DNA of 64,000 nucleotides from Octopus vulgaris (lineage: Eukaryota): contig OX597817.1 in assembly GCA_951406725.2 (NCBI GenBank), forward strand, positions 166,408,001 through 166,472,000, given 5' to 3'. Shown piece after piece: positions 1-12,910 of this stretch. Each line of letters opens with the position of its first letter. Position 1 is the stretch's first letter. The notes beneath the pieces are model-generated. The model was not told the DNA's origin. It saw only the letters and a list, made by a program, of their open reading frames with translations, and made no database searches. Both the position numbers and the translations under genes were made by a program.

Positions 1-202
1 CAACTTGTTATGGTCAAACAACTGACAAGCAAATCTGTGGTATTGAGCAGAATATTTGCTGTAGCCCATCTTTTATACCAAGACAAAACAATGAACATGA
101 TAACACTTCCAATCAGTTAAGATCAGAAGTCATGAGAGCCACTGCTTGGTACTGCATTAGGGCATTTATTACTATAATTATTATCATTCTTATTACTATT
201 CA

Positions 203-770
203 GGTGGCGAGCTGGTAGAATCGTTAGCACGCCGGGCGAAATGCTAAGCGATATTTCGTCTGTTGCTACGTTCTGAGTTCAAATTCCGCCGAAGTCGACT
301 TTGCCTTTCATCCTTTCGGAGTCGATTAAATAAGTACCAGTTACACACTGGGATCGATATAATCGACTTAATCCGTTTGTCTGTCCTTGTTTGTCCCTAC
401 TGTGTTTAGCCCCCTGTGGGTAGTAAAGAAATAGGTATTTCGTCTGCGTTCAAATTCCGCCGAGGCCGACTTTGCCTTTCATCCTTTCGGGGTCGATTTA
501 AATAAGTACCAGTTACGCACTGAGGTCGATGTTATCGACTTTATCCGTTTCTCTGTCCTTGTTTGTTCCCTCTGTGTTTAGTCAACTTGTGGGTAGTAAA
601 TAAATAGGTATTTTGTCTGTCTTTACGTTCTAAGTTCAAAGTCCGCCGGAATCGACTTTGCCTTTCGTCCTTTCGAAGTCGACAAAATGTGTATCAGTCA
701 AGTACTGGAACTGATGTGATCTACTCACCCCTCTTCCAATATTTCAGGCCTTGTGCCTACATTAGAAAGG
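203..770 (+). mobile_element. tRNA-derived SINE family A, multimeric copy (head plus three body units)
   Basis: A-box-like head GGTGGCGAGCTGGTAGAATCGTTAG and B-box GAGTTCAAATTCC. Central GTCGACTTTGCCTTTCATCCTTTCGGGGTCGATTAAATAAGTACCAG occurs three times. Ends at an (ATT)n tract. Confidence 0.9.
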
Positions 771-862
<92 letters not shown>

Positions 863-876
863 CATTCTTATTATTC
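771..876. repeat. (ATT)n microsatellite
   Basis: Near-perfect trinucleotide run. It explains the poly-Tyr ORF 689..1003. Confidence 0.97.
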
Positions 877-878
877 AG

Positions 879-1450
879 TAGGTGAGCTGGCAGAATCGTT
901 AGCACGCCGGGGAAAATGCTTAGCGGCATTCCGTCTATCTTTACGTTCTGAGTTTAAATTCCACCGAGGTCGACTTTGCCTTTCATCCTTTCGGGGTCGA
1001 TAAATTAGGTAACCGTGAGACTCTGGTGTCCTATCCCCCAAAATTTCAGGCCTTGTGCCTTTAATAAAATATTATCATTATTAAGGAGGCACGCTGTCAG
1101 AATCGTTAGTATATCGGACAAAATGCTTAGTGGTATTTCTTCCGGCTATTTATGCTGTGAGTTCAAATCCCAGTGAAGTTGACACTCGAGGCCGATGAAA
1201 TAAGTACCAGTCAAGTAATGGGGTCGATGTAATCTACTTCCCTCTTCTCCAAAAATTGCTTATCCGGGGCCAAAATTTGAAACCATTATTATAAGGAGGC
1301 ATGCTGTCAGAATCGTTAACGCGCGGGACAAAATACTTCTTACTAAGCGGCATTTATTCTGACTCCTCATGTCCCAAGTTCGAATTCCACCCAGGTCAAC
1401 TTTGCCTTTCAAACTTGCAGATTCGATATAATAAATACCAGCTGAATACG
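879..1450 (+). mobile_element. Head-to-tail array of three SINE family A monomers
   Basis: Heads near 879, 1085 and 1295 (GCTGGCAGAATCGTTAG / GCTGTCAGAATCGTTA), separated by short ATTATT spacers. Confidence 0.8.
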
Positions 1451-1528
<78 letters not shown>

Positions 1529-1549
1529 TATTTATATACATATATATAC

Positions 1550-1574
<25 letters not shown>

Positions 1575-1582
<8 letters not shown>

Positions 1583-1879
1583 AGAAAATAGTAAAGTGTG
1601 AAAAAACGACAGAAGGCTTAAATGTTAAAAATATATATATATTTGTGTCAAAATGTCTGGAGAATATTGGAAAAATTTTTTTCCTTTCCTAAAAATGACA
1701 TAATTTAAAAATTTTTAAAGAAATTTAAATAAATAAATTTAAAGAAATTTAAATTTAAATAATTAGGAAAGGAAAAAATTTTTTTCCAATATTCTCCAGA
1801 CATTTTGACACAAATATATATATTTTTTAACATTTAAGCCTTCTGTCGTTTTTTCACACTTTACTATTTTCTTATATAT
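1575..1879. repeat. Inverted repeat (~115-bp arms, ~70-bp AT spacer) embedded in (TA)n
   Basis: ATAAGAAAATAGTAAAGTGTGAAAAAACGACAGAAGG...TTTCCTAA (to ~1692) is the reverse complement of TTAGGAAAGG...CACACTTTACTATTTTCTTAT (~1763-1879). Confidence 0.9.
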
Positions 1880-1912
1880 TCACCCACGTGCTTTACCAAA
1901 CAAACTTTCTTA

Positions 1913-1988
<76 letters not shown>

Positions 1989-2003
1989 CATATATATATA
2001 TAA

Positions 2004-2037
<34 letters not shown>

Positions 2038-2051
2038 GTAAATATATATAC

Positions 2052-2121
<70 letters not shown>

Positions 2122-2175
2122 AGTCGGCTTCCCCCTCACTCAAAATTTCCTGGCTTTGTGCCAAAACTAGAAAGA

Positions 2176-2234
<59 letters not shown>

Positions 2235-2600
2235 TGTTGTTGTTGTTGTTGTTGTTGTTTACTATTAACTTCTTGTTTATTTTATTCATTTTTATTATTT
2301 CTTTCTCTGTTGAGGCTTTTTTTTTTTTCCAGCCTTCTTATTTTTTTTTTCCTTTAATGTTTTATATATTTCATAGGAAATATCAAATTATTAAATTATT
2401 AGTTGCTCAAAATAAGAAAAGCATGTGACAAAGTTAATTAATTTGATTCTAATCAGGCACACGCCACAAGATTAGACGACTATTTCACAGCAATTGATAA
2501 CATTCTGTGATTCTGTTAAGCGATTGGACACGCTGGCTCTTATTTTACTGTTATAATATTAGCAACGTAAGAACATTATGGAGTAGTGGTTGTGAGTGCA

Positions 2601-2687
<87 letters not shown>

Positions 2688-2822
2688 CAGAAAGAGAGAG
2701 TATTTCCACACGCAAACATTTATTATAGACATTTTACACATGCTCGCAACACTACATTCGCGCTCTTACGTAAAAGTATGTACATATGATTGTGTGTGAG
2801 TGTGCGTGTGTGTGTGTGTATG

Positions 2823-2865
<43 letters not shown>

Positions 2866-2957
2866 ATATATACACATATGTATACAAATATTTGTATATG
2901 TGTATATATATATATAATGCATATATATATATACACATATATATATATATATGTATA

Positions 2958-3006
<49 letters not shown>

Positions 3007-3349
3007 TATTTATTTATTTATTGCCCACATGGGACTGAGCATAGAGGAGACAAACAAGGACAGACAGAGAGATTAAGTCGATTACATCGACCCCAGTGCG
3101 TAACTGGTACTTATTTAATTTTTCTCTGACGGATGAAAGGCAAAGTCGACCTCGATATATATACGCGAGCAGGTATGAGGGGCGGTGGAGCCAGGAGGAG
3201 AATGATTGCGGATTGGAAAAGACTATGGAACTTGAGCAAGAATATCTTTTTGTTCGTGCGTCGATTATTTTGGATTTTGAAAAATGGCAAAAAACTAAGT
3301 GAAGAGGCTTCCGGCCACGACTTAATAAAAAGAAAAGAAGAAAAAAACA

Positions 3350-3531
3350 CTGTTAGCTGTGTGGTAAGAAATTTGCTTTCCAACCACACGGTTCCAGGTT
3401 CATTCCCAATGCGTGGCACCTTGGGCAAATGTCTTCTACTATAGCCGCGAACCGATCAAATCCTTCTGAGTTGATTGGCATATGAAAACTTAAAGAAGCT
3501 TATCGCGCATATATACGATACACACACACAG

Positions 3532-3598
<67 letters not shown>

Positions 3599-3702
3599 CA
3601 CACACACATATTTATACATATTTATGTGTGTAAGTGTGTGTATGTATATATACATATATATATTCATACATATATATGTGTATGTATATATGTATATATA
3701 CA

Positions 3703-3761
<59 letters not shown>

Positions 3762-3975
3762 ATATGTGTGTTTGCCTTTGGGGCAATGTTTGGTTTGTTT
3801 ACATCCTCTTAAATTAGCGGTTCGGCCAAATAAACCGATAGAATTAGTGAATGAGTACCAAGCTTTCAAATAATATATTGCGGTAGATTCGTTGGGCTAA
3901 AATGTTTGACGGTGGTGACACAGCATGACTGCTGTCTAATGACCTAAACAAGTAATTGATAAAAAGATGAAAAGA
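3350..3975 (+). mobile_element. SINE family B copy with internal microsatellite (diverged)
   Basis: GCTGTGTGGTAAG...GGTTCATTCCC...CCTTGGGCAAATGTCTTCTACTATAGCC, then a CA/TA block, then TTAGCGGTTCGGCCAAA, matching the copy at 14145. Confidence 0.8.
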
Positions 3976-4531
3976 TATCGTACTGTATCCGCCTTATCGT
4001 CTTATGGCAGTTTGATGTGTACTCAACACGGAATGAGAAATTGAGGGAAGTGAGGGTGAGTGAGAACTCTATGTAATTTATACGTATTTGCGTTTATAGA
4101 AAGAAGAAGGTTAAGGAATGAGAAAATAATGTAACTGGGTAGACAGAAACGGAGGGAAAGAAAATCACTTGGAAATCTCTAAGGAGAAAGAATACGCTTG
4201 TATTCTGAAGAAACCGTCTCACATCAGAAGGGTAGATGCTAATCTGGAGTTTCGCTAATCCGAAAATAATCTGGGAATAATCTGATGTGTCAGGGGTTGT
4301 CGGAAACACGGGGATATGAATGATGTTCTGTAAGCTGATGGATCACAGGTTATGTAGCATGGGCGCTGTCGAGGGACGAGATAATTAACAGCTGATATGA
4401 GCCCATTTCATTGTTTAGATTTGTCTTTCTCGGTCGAGGTTTCAAATATTATAGACGCCAACTGTCTTTCATTCACGCTAAATGAATAAAATATATCCTA
4501 GTTATTGCTGCTGTTTAAGCCCCTGTTCAAA

Positions 4532-4951
4532 TCTCTATATCTATACACGGTAAAACGTCTGTGTATTTGTGTGTCTGTGTGTCTGTGTGTCCTTTATACA
4601 AATCCACAGTTTTTCACGTAGAAGGCTCGCATTTTCTATGGGCTTTCAAAATTGTCTGAGAGTGGTCGTGAAGATCTTTTCATTTCCCCAGACACCCCAG
4701 AAAGCCATTAAAAAAATCGATAAACCGACCCCTTATGCCCATAAGTTATGGGCATATGGGCATTACCGAAGTCCAATGAATATTAATTACTCTCATAAAA
4801 AGCTCCAACTAGCTCATAAACAACAAAACTGGCCTGGGCTGAAATGTGATAAGAAACTTAGCTCTTGATTTAGTGAGAATTTTTTACTGCGACCCGTCAA
4901 CGAACAACAAGCACTAGCACTAGACCCAGCAACGCCGGGTCATAGTGCTAG
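4532..4951 (+). mobile_element. Non-autonomous Helitron-like element
   Basis: 5' TC start after A and a GTGTCT-rich 5' region. 3' hairpin GACCC-AGCAACGC-CGGGTC followed by CTAG then T. No TSD. Confidence 0.75.
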
Positions 4952-5569
4952 TCTGATATACATATAAGTGCAAATATCTTCCAGCCGTGACCATTTCGTC
5001 TTTTTAGGAGTAAGTGGAGGTGGACTATATTATCTAATGTGTACTTGAATTTTTAAGACGGCAGTATGTTATTTGAGGGATAATTTGGTTGTTATATCTA
5101 TCTGACAAGCAACCACGTAGAAGTTACCCGTTGGCTCGCATACGTAGAAGTTATATACTGAGATGGAATTAACGAGATTGTTCTGTAAATTGTGTAAATC
5201 TAACTTCTTGTCTTTAAACAGATCTGTAAATGAAGAGTATAATGGTGGCAGAGTTGTGTCAAGTTTAAAATACATTCATTTCCTGGTTTTACTCGACAAC
5301 TCGCGATTTCCCGGTATAACAACAAGCCAAAATGTGGTTGAACAGCTTCCTCTATCAAGATTACTGGCATTCCATAAACATTACACGAGAGTCTAGCGGT
5401 TGTTAGTGATTCACCATGATAAAATAGAAGCAGAAATGTTATTTTTCAAGAGTAATTCAACGATGGAAAGATGTGAAGAATGCTTACATTCGATAAGTAG
5501 AATGCAGCTTAGATGAGCTTCTAGTGGTAATTGTAACAAGAAAACACCGTGTTATAGCGGTTGAATAAT

Positions 5570-6258
5570 TCTTTCTAATAAAGGTACAAGCCCAGAATTT
5601 TGGGGCCGGGGCTAACCGATCACTAATCGATTGGGGCTAGTCGGTCCACATACTTGACTGGTATTTATTTTATCGACCTCAAAAAGATAAAAAGCGAAGT
5701 CGACTTCGGTGGGATTTGACCGTAGAATGTAAAGGTGGAAGAAATGTCCTTTCTACTATGAGCACAAGGCCTGAAATTCTGGGGGCGGAACTAAGTCGAT
5801 TACATCGATCCCAGTACATGAGTGCTAATTATTTTATCGACCCAGAAAAGATAAAAGGTAAAGACGGCCTCAGCGAAATTTGAACTCAGAACGTAAAAAA
5901 AGACGAAATGCCGCTAAGCATTTTCCCCGGCGTGCTAACTATTCTGCCAGCTCGCCGCCCTAAAGGCGGAAGAAATATCGCTAAACATATTGTCCGAAGT
6001 GCTAATTGTTCTGCTAGCTTCGTACTTTCAAGCGACTGAATAACCCTTTCTGCTATAGACACAAAGCCTGAAATTTTAGGGGAGGAAGTTAATTGATTAC
6101 ATCGACCCCCAGTATTTAACTGGTATTTATTTTATCGATCTCAAAAGGATGAAAGGTAAGGTCCACCTTGGCGGAATTTGAACTCGGAACGTAACGCCGG
6201 AAGAAATGCTGCTAAGCATTTTGTCCACTGTGATAACGATTCTGTCTGCTCGCCACCT
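5570..6258 (-). mobile_element. Tandem SINE family A copies (minus strand)
   Basis: Repeated reverse-complement motifs TTTATCGACC...AAAGG...GAATTTGAACTC...CTGCCAGCTCGCCGCC. Confidence 0.8.
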
Positions 6259-6525
6259 CGTAGCGATCGAAGAAGAAAGAAGCAAAGAAAATTAAGGCTT
6301 AAAATTGTAAATTTTTATCGAGAAAAGAATTATATATCATGGAGTCCGTTTAAGCTCTTTGGGAGTATCGAAAGTTTTTCAGGAATCTTTGGCAATGTTG
6401 AGAATATCCACGGTCAAGGAACTGTTGCAGAAATTAGTGATATCAGCTATCTCTAAGTCGCCATGATAGATCGATAGCCCCTACACACATTTGTTTCTCC
6501 TTGTTTCTCTCCTTGTTTTTTCTGT

Positions 6526-6566
6526 GTCCTTTTCTGTAGAAGAGCGTAGACTCGAAATGTAAAAGA
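6526..6566 (+). ncRNA. Degenerate minimal hammerhead-ribozyme-like motif
   Basis: CTTTT-CTGTAGA-A-GAGC GTAG ACTC-GAAAT-GTA-AAAG. The core deviates (A6U, stem mismatches). Confidence 0.35.
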
Positions 6567-7348
6567 CTTTTTCTATTCCTGAGAGTTATACTTATACATC
6601 TGTTTGTTTTGTAAATCACCTGTCTTCGTCTTTTTTTTTTTTCGTAAACTCTCCCTAAATACTTCTTTAAGTTGGGTTTGTTTTCAGTGACCAGGAATCT
6701 GTATGGTGGTTATAACGTAGTTATTTTTTAAGTTCATTTAAGCTATTCTTAATTCTTTCAAACATTATTGTCAAATTGTGATTGGAATTCACAGTGACGA
6801 TTCTTATTGACGCAAATACTGGATGTCTATTAATGTATAAGAAGCTGATGTCTTACCTCTATGTTATCTTAATAGAGAGTTCAGTAAAGATTATCATCGA
6901 CAGACGTTATGAATTTCTATTAGTCTTTAAAAAAAAAAAAATGTCACATACATAGCATAGCATCTTATATTACTGAACGGAGATAAAAACCTTTCTTCAG
7001 AAATCAGTGAAAATTATGAAATAAACAACTAAAGAATTATCCCAATGAAAAATAGATATGATATAATATAATCAGGTTTTCAGATTCGAGGGTAACACGT
7101 CCTGTAATAAATACGTATGTCCGCAGCTGTGGAATAGTAGAAATATCTGTAATAATTGCAGTGCTTGTAAATTATGATACATATTTTTGTTGCTGTTGTC
7201 AGTCCTTATTGAGAAAATCTATTTTCAAAATCATTTTAGTTATGACCATCTATAAGAGGTTAAGCATTTAGCACATTAGCCTAAACCAGACTTGAATTGC
7301 TTTAATTTCATTTTACTGATGATAATCGGTATAGTTTTAGAAAACATA

Positions 7349-7830
7349 CCGTAAATCCTCGAGTATAATCCGCAATTTTTTTCCCAAAATTTAAAGGTCA
7401 AAATCCCTAGTGCGTACTATATACGAGGTTAAAAATGAAAATTATTTTCTAAGCAATGTCCAAGTCTCTATTTGCTGTCCGGCAATGTTTATTCAGATGC
7501 ATTTTGTGATGTCGGGCGCGAAAATACCTTAAATCATCCATAACTTGCAGTAAGCAACATTTATTAAACATTATTACAGTTATTTCTTTATTTTCTGCAA
7601 ACATAATGCACAAAAAAAGCTACACGTTTGCATTATGTTATATATACAATAATAATAAAGGACGTTACCGTATACAGTTTTACAAACCAAAGATGTTATA
7701 TAGACCTCCTTAACTCAAGTTAGAGAAGGGGTGCGTATCATACACAATGTTTAGGTTTTTCAGAGGTACAGCCCCCTAAAAATCCCCAGCGTATTATACT
7801 CAAAGGCAGACTATACTCGAGGATTTACGG
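7349..7830. mobile_element. Pogo/Tc1-mariner-type MITE, complete
   Basis: TIRs CCGTAAATCCTCGAGTATA / TATACTCGAGGATTTACGG with TA on both sides. Confidence 0.92.
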
Positions 7831-7999
7831 TATATAATGAGGCAATGCAAAAATGACAAACATTAATTGATTTGAAATACAGGAAAAAATGTATAAGTTA
7901 TCGTTTTGAAGCAAACTTCAGCATATTTTACAAGATTCCGAGTATAGTTATGAAAAAATTACAATAGGGATTGATTGAAACTGACTCAAAGGAGGAGTA

Positions 8000-8047
<48 letters not shown>

Positions 8048-9046
8048 GATGAAGTAGTATTGTTATTGGTTAGATATTTGTTATTTTAGGTTATTTTCAA
8101 AGAAACATTATCATTGCAGGTCTCTGTCTGTCCTTTCACATAGCACATCTTCGGTGATCATAACGTTTCTTTAAACTCATCAACGAAGGAATCTCTTTGC
8201 AGTTGCTTGACCTGTTAAAAATGGCCGCCAACCATGGCATTTATTTGCGTTATATTTCGACATATTTCAACATGTCACAAATATTAACATTATGCACTAA
8301 GTTTTATGTGTTCCTCCACCGATGGTATGTAATGTATCGTTATACTTTTGTACTAATCATACATGTATTAATTCGCTATTTCAAGTGCATATCGTTCTAA
8401 ATATAAAGTCGGCCTTATTGATCCTTCACGCGTTCCTTTCACGACTTCCGGAAATCTAATAACCCTTTTTTGAACATTTTACCACTTGTCGGGTGAGCAA
8501 GTATATAATTGTTTGCCAACATATAACTTCATATTTCATTCACCCTCATCCCAGCCGTAATACATATTATATTTATTATTACATTACGCCAAAATAACAG
8601 AAAATTACGTTTTCGCTGATTTCATAAAATACCACAGCTTGCAACAGCAACGATTGGTTAGAAGACCAAAATTGGCAAATTAAACAAATATGAATGAATG
8701 TGTTTAATTTATTTTAATTTATATAATTACAAATGCTGAAATTTCAAAATTTTAACATGCTAAGCTCGTTAGTAGGAAGGCAGGAAGTAGATAATTAATT
8801 TAATTAGAATATAATTTCTTACACTTTCTATGTTACATCGTTGCAAGCAACATTGCAGCAGCGTTAAAATGTTGGTACACCAACCAGCTGACGTGGTTTC
8901 GTTTGTCTGCGTGAACAACATAGGGACTGTGAACCAACAAAGAAAGAATCTACACGGGTTCTCGATTCGCTAATGGTAGCAGCTTTAGACGACAAACTAC
9001 CATTTTGAAACAAATGAGGGTACATTTGATAATGTTCTGAAGTGTC

Positions 9047-9135
<89 letters not shown>

Positions 9136-9365
9136 CCTTTCTACTATAGGCACAAGGCCTGAAAATTTAAAGGCAGACACCCATACCTATTTCTTTACTA
9201 CCCACAAGGGGCTAAACACAGAGAGGGCAAACAAGGACAGACAAACGGATTAAGTCGATCATATCGACCCCAGTGCGTAACTAGTACTTATTTAATTGAC
9301 CCCGAAACGATAAAAAACAAAGTTGACCTCGGCGGAATTTGAACTCAGAACGTAGCGGCAGACGA
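9136..9365 (-). mobile_element. SINE family A partial copy between (AAT)n tracts
   Basis: Reverse complement of the body and GTTTGTCTGTCCTTGTTTG module seen at 203-770. Confidence 0.85.
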
Positions 9366-9367
9366 TA

Positions 9368-9486
<119 letters not shown>

Positions 9487-9779
9487 CTAAAAGGAGAATG
9501 AGATGGGTGCAGTTGAAATGGTTATGGTTGTAATGTCTGTTAAATCAAAACAGACGTCGGAGGTAACCAACAATGGCAACAATACTAAAACGATCACTGT
9601 AATGTGTATGAGACGAAACCTCTGTTTGGGCGATTGATATGCCAGAAGTAGGTACTAAATCACCTTCAAATCATTCTACAGGAAGAGATGCTGCCTGAAA
9701 TAAAAGTTGAATGGTCATTGCTAGGTAGCCTTTTATCCCGGAACTACTTATTTGTGACTAATCATATAACTGTGAAGTA

Positions 9780-10291
9780 CCGTATATGCTCGAGTATAAT
9801 CCACATTTTTTCCCAAAAATTTAAAGGTCAAAATCCCTAGTGCGTATAATATATGAGATTAAAAATGAAAATTATTTTCTAAGCAATGTCCGAGTCTCTA
9901 TTTGCTGTCTGGCTATGTGTATTCAGACGCATTTTGTGATGTCGGGCGGGAAAATACCTTAAGCTAAGCCTGAAAGCAATGAAGTCATAAAAGAATCATC
10001 CATGACTTGCAGTAAGCAACATTTATTAAACGTTATTACTGTTATTACTGTTATTTCTTTAATTTTTGCAAACAAAATGCACAAAAAAGCAACACGTTTG
10101 CATTATGTTATATATATAATAATAATAAAGGACGTTACCTTATGCATTTTTACAAACCAAGGACGTGATATAGACCTCCTTGACTCAAGTTAGAAAAGGG
10201 GTGCGTTTTATACACCTCTTTCAGAGGTACAGCCCCCTAAAAATCCCCTGCGTATTATACTCAAAGGCAGACTATACTCGCGGATTAATGG
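9780..10291. mobile_element. Second copy of the 7349 MITE family
   Basis: TA-CCGTATATGCTCGAGTATAA...TATACTCGCGGATTAATGG-TA. Internal sequence is colinear with 7349-7830. Confidence 0.9.
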
Positions 10292-10968
10292 TATATAACC
10301 ACCTGTTCTCGTTTAAGTTATCAATGCTCTTTTAAAAGACACCCGCAACTTGCCTATTCATTATTCCCAACAACCACGCGCTTTATACTCCCTGGCCTTT
10401 GCAGTTTCACTATTTATGAGATTAAAAATGAAAATTATTTTCTAATCAATGTCCGAGTCTCTATTTGCTGTCTGGCTATGTGTATTCAGACGCATTTTGT
10501 GATGTCGAGCAGGAAAATACCTTCAGCTAGGCCTGAAAGCAATGAAGTCATAAAATCATCCATAACTTGCAATAAGCAATATTTATTAAACGTTATTACT
10601 GTTATTTCTTTAATTTTTGCAAACAAAATGCACAAAAAAGCAACACGTTTGCATTATGTTATATATATAATAATAATAAAGGACGTTACCTTATGCATTT
10701 TTACAAACCAAGGACGTGATATAGACCTCCTTGACTCAATTTAGAGAAGGGGTGCGTTTTATACACCTCTTTCAGAGGTACAGCACCCTAAAAATCCCCT
10801 GCGTATTATACTCAAGGGCGGACTATACTCGAGGATTTATGGTATATAACCACCTGTTCTCGCGTAAGTTATCAATGCTCTTTTAAAAGACACCCGCAAC
10901 TTGCCTATTCATTATTCCCAACAACCACGCGCTTTATACTCCCTGGCCTTTGCAGTCTCACTATTTAT
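9852..10968 (+). repeat. Tandem duplication (~560-bp unit: MITE 3' part plus flank)
   Basis: 9852-10414 and 10415-10968 are near-identical, including the post-TIR flank TATAACCACCTGTTCTCG...CACTATTTAT. Confidence 0.92.
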
Positions 10969-12403
10969 TCAATGGTTACACACTCAATAACAATGATCCA
11001 AAGCTTATTTATCCTAATGTTTATGTTATTTTTATAAAAATACCGTTTTTTTTTCTGTTATATGTAACCGTCTTTTTTTTAAAGCATAAATCTGTCCTCA
11101 AATATATAAATGTTTAACGGCATTTCTTCCGGTTTTTTACGTTCTGAGTTCAAATACCACCGAAGTAGACTCTTCTTTTCATCCTTTCGTGGTCGACAAA
11201 GTAAAGTACCAGTCAAATACTAGGGTAGATGTAATATATATATATATATGTGTGAAGGGCTTCTGTGTAACTTAACTTGGTCGCCCCGGGCTTATAGCAA
11301 GAAGACACTCCCCCAAGGTGGCGCACGCTGCACAGACACACAAATTCTTTTCTTCTCTAAAACGTTTTGTTTTGTGCATACTGGATTTAATAGAAAGAAA
11401 AAAGAAAAATAACCTAATATTTTTCTTTTCTTATGAGTTAAGTAAGATCCTTAATCATAGCTGTGATTTAATTAATGTACAAATAGCAATTAAATGGTTC
11501 TAATATTTTAAATTCGATGCATTTCCGTACTCAATCCTTTAACTCGGTTCATGGAGCAATTGTCGTAGTTACAAAATATACTTGCGCCCTTCAATTAACG
11601 TATTTCTTAAGTCTAATGATTTATAAGCCTTTTGAAGAGTATGCAAAGAAAAAAGAACGCACACTAAGTTAAAAGAGCTCTACGTAAAACTATTTCATAG
11701 GGTGTATTATGAATTTTTTTTTACCATTTAATCTATGAATTCTATACCGGAAGGCTGGTTATGTAAAGGGGAGGAATACGCCAAATACGAATGTATTCTT
11801 CAAAGAATTAATATACAGCTTAGATAATTAAAATAATGGTTTGCTATTAATCAAGGAGAAGTTAATGACCGATCTAAGGATAAAGATTGTTCAAATATGT
11901 TTTGAAAATAATGTTTCGAAAAGTGATTTTTACACCGCCCTGTATATATATATATATATTAATATATGTTAATATATATAAGCATGTATGTGTATATGCG
12001 TTTGTGTGTGAGCATATACGTGTGTGTACTTGTGTGTGTGTATGTGTGTGTATGTGTGTATGACCATATACGTGTGTGTACTTGTGTGTGTGTGTGTGTA
12101 TGATCAAGTGTTTAAGGTGTTGCACTCACGATCGCAAGAATGTGGTTTCGATTCACACGCCGGCTATGCGTTGGGTTTTTGAGCAAAGCACTCTATTTAA
12201 TGTTGCTCTTACCCATTCACTTATAAATGAGTAACCCTGAGATGGACTGCCGTTCCGTTTTAGGAAGAATGCTGTCCTACCCGCCTGACAAGCGGATGGC
12301 ATCATTCAAAAGGAAGCGCATTGTAACCGTCGGGGTAAAACCGACCGGATGAAACCGGGCTTAGTTGCTAGTTTACATATATAGGTAGGTAGGTATGTAC
12401 ATG

Positions 12404-12465
<62 letters not shown>

Positions 12466-12522
12466 CTATATTATTTATATTATTATATGATCGAAAGTCA
12501 CGTATCCATTTCCAAGTAAGTT

Positions 12523-12568
<46 letters not shown>

Positions 12569-12573
12569 CTGTC

Positions 12574-12910
<337 letters not shown>

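Noticed and set aside
203-1450. Repeat-spacer pattern resembling a CRISPR array
   Set aside because: Units are ~150-200-bp SINE bodies in eukaryotic DNA, with no unique spacers or cas genes.
4094-4380. Possible very old mariner fragment on the minus strand
   Set aside because: Only faint resemblance (DSAH..., PDTSDY) and no TIR, so it is not supportable without an HMM search.
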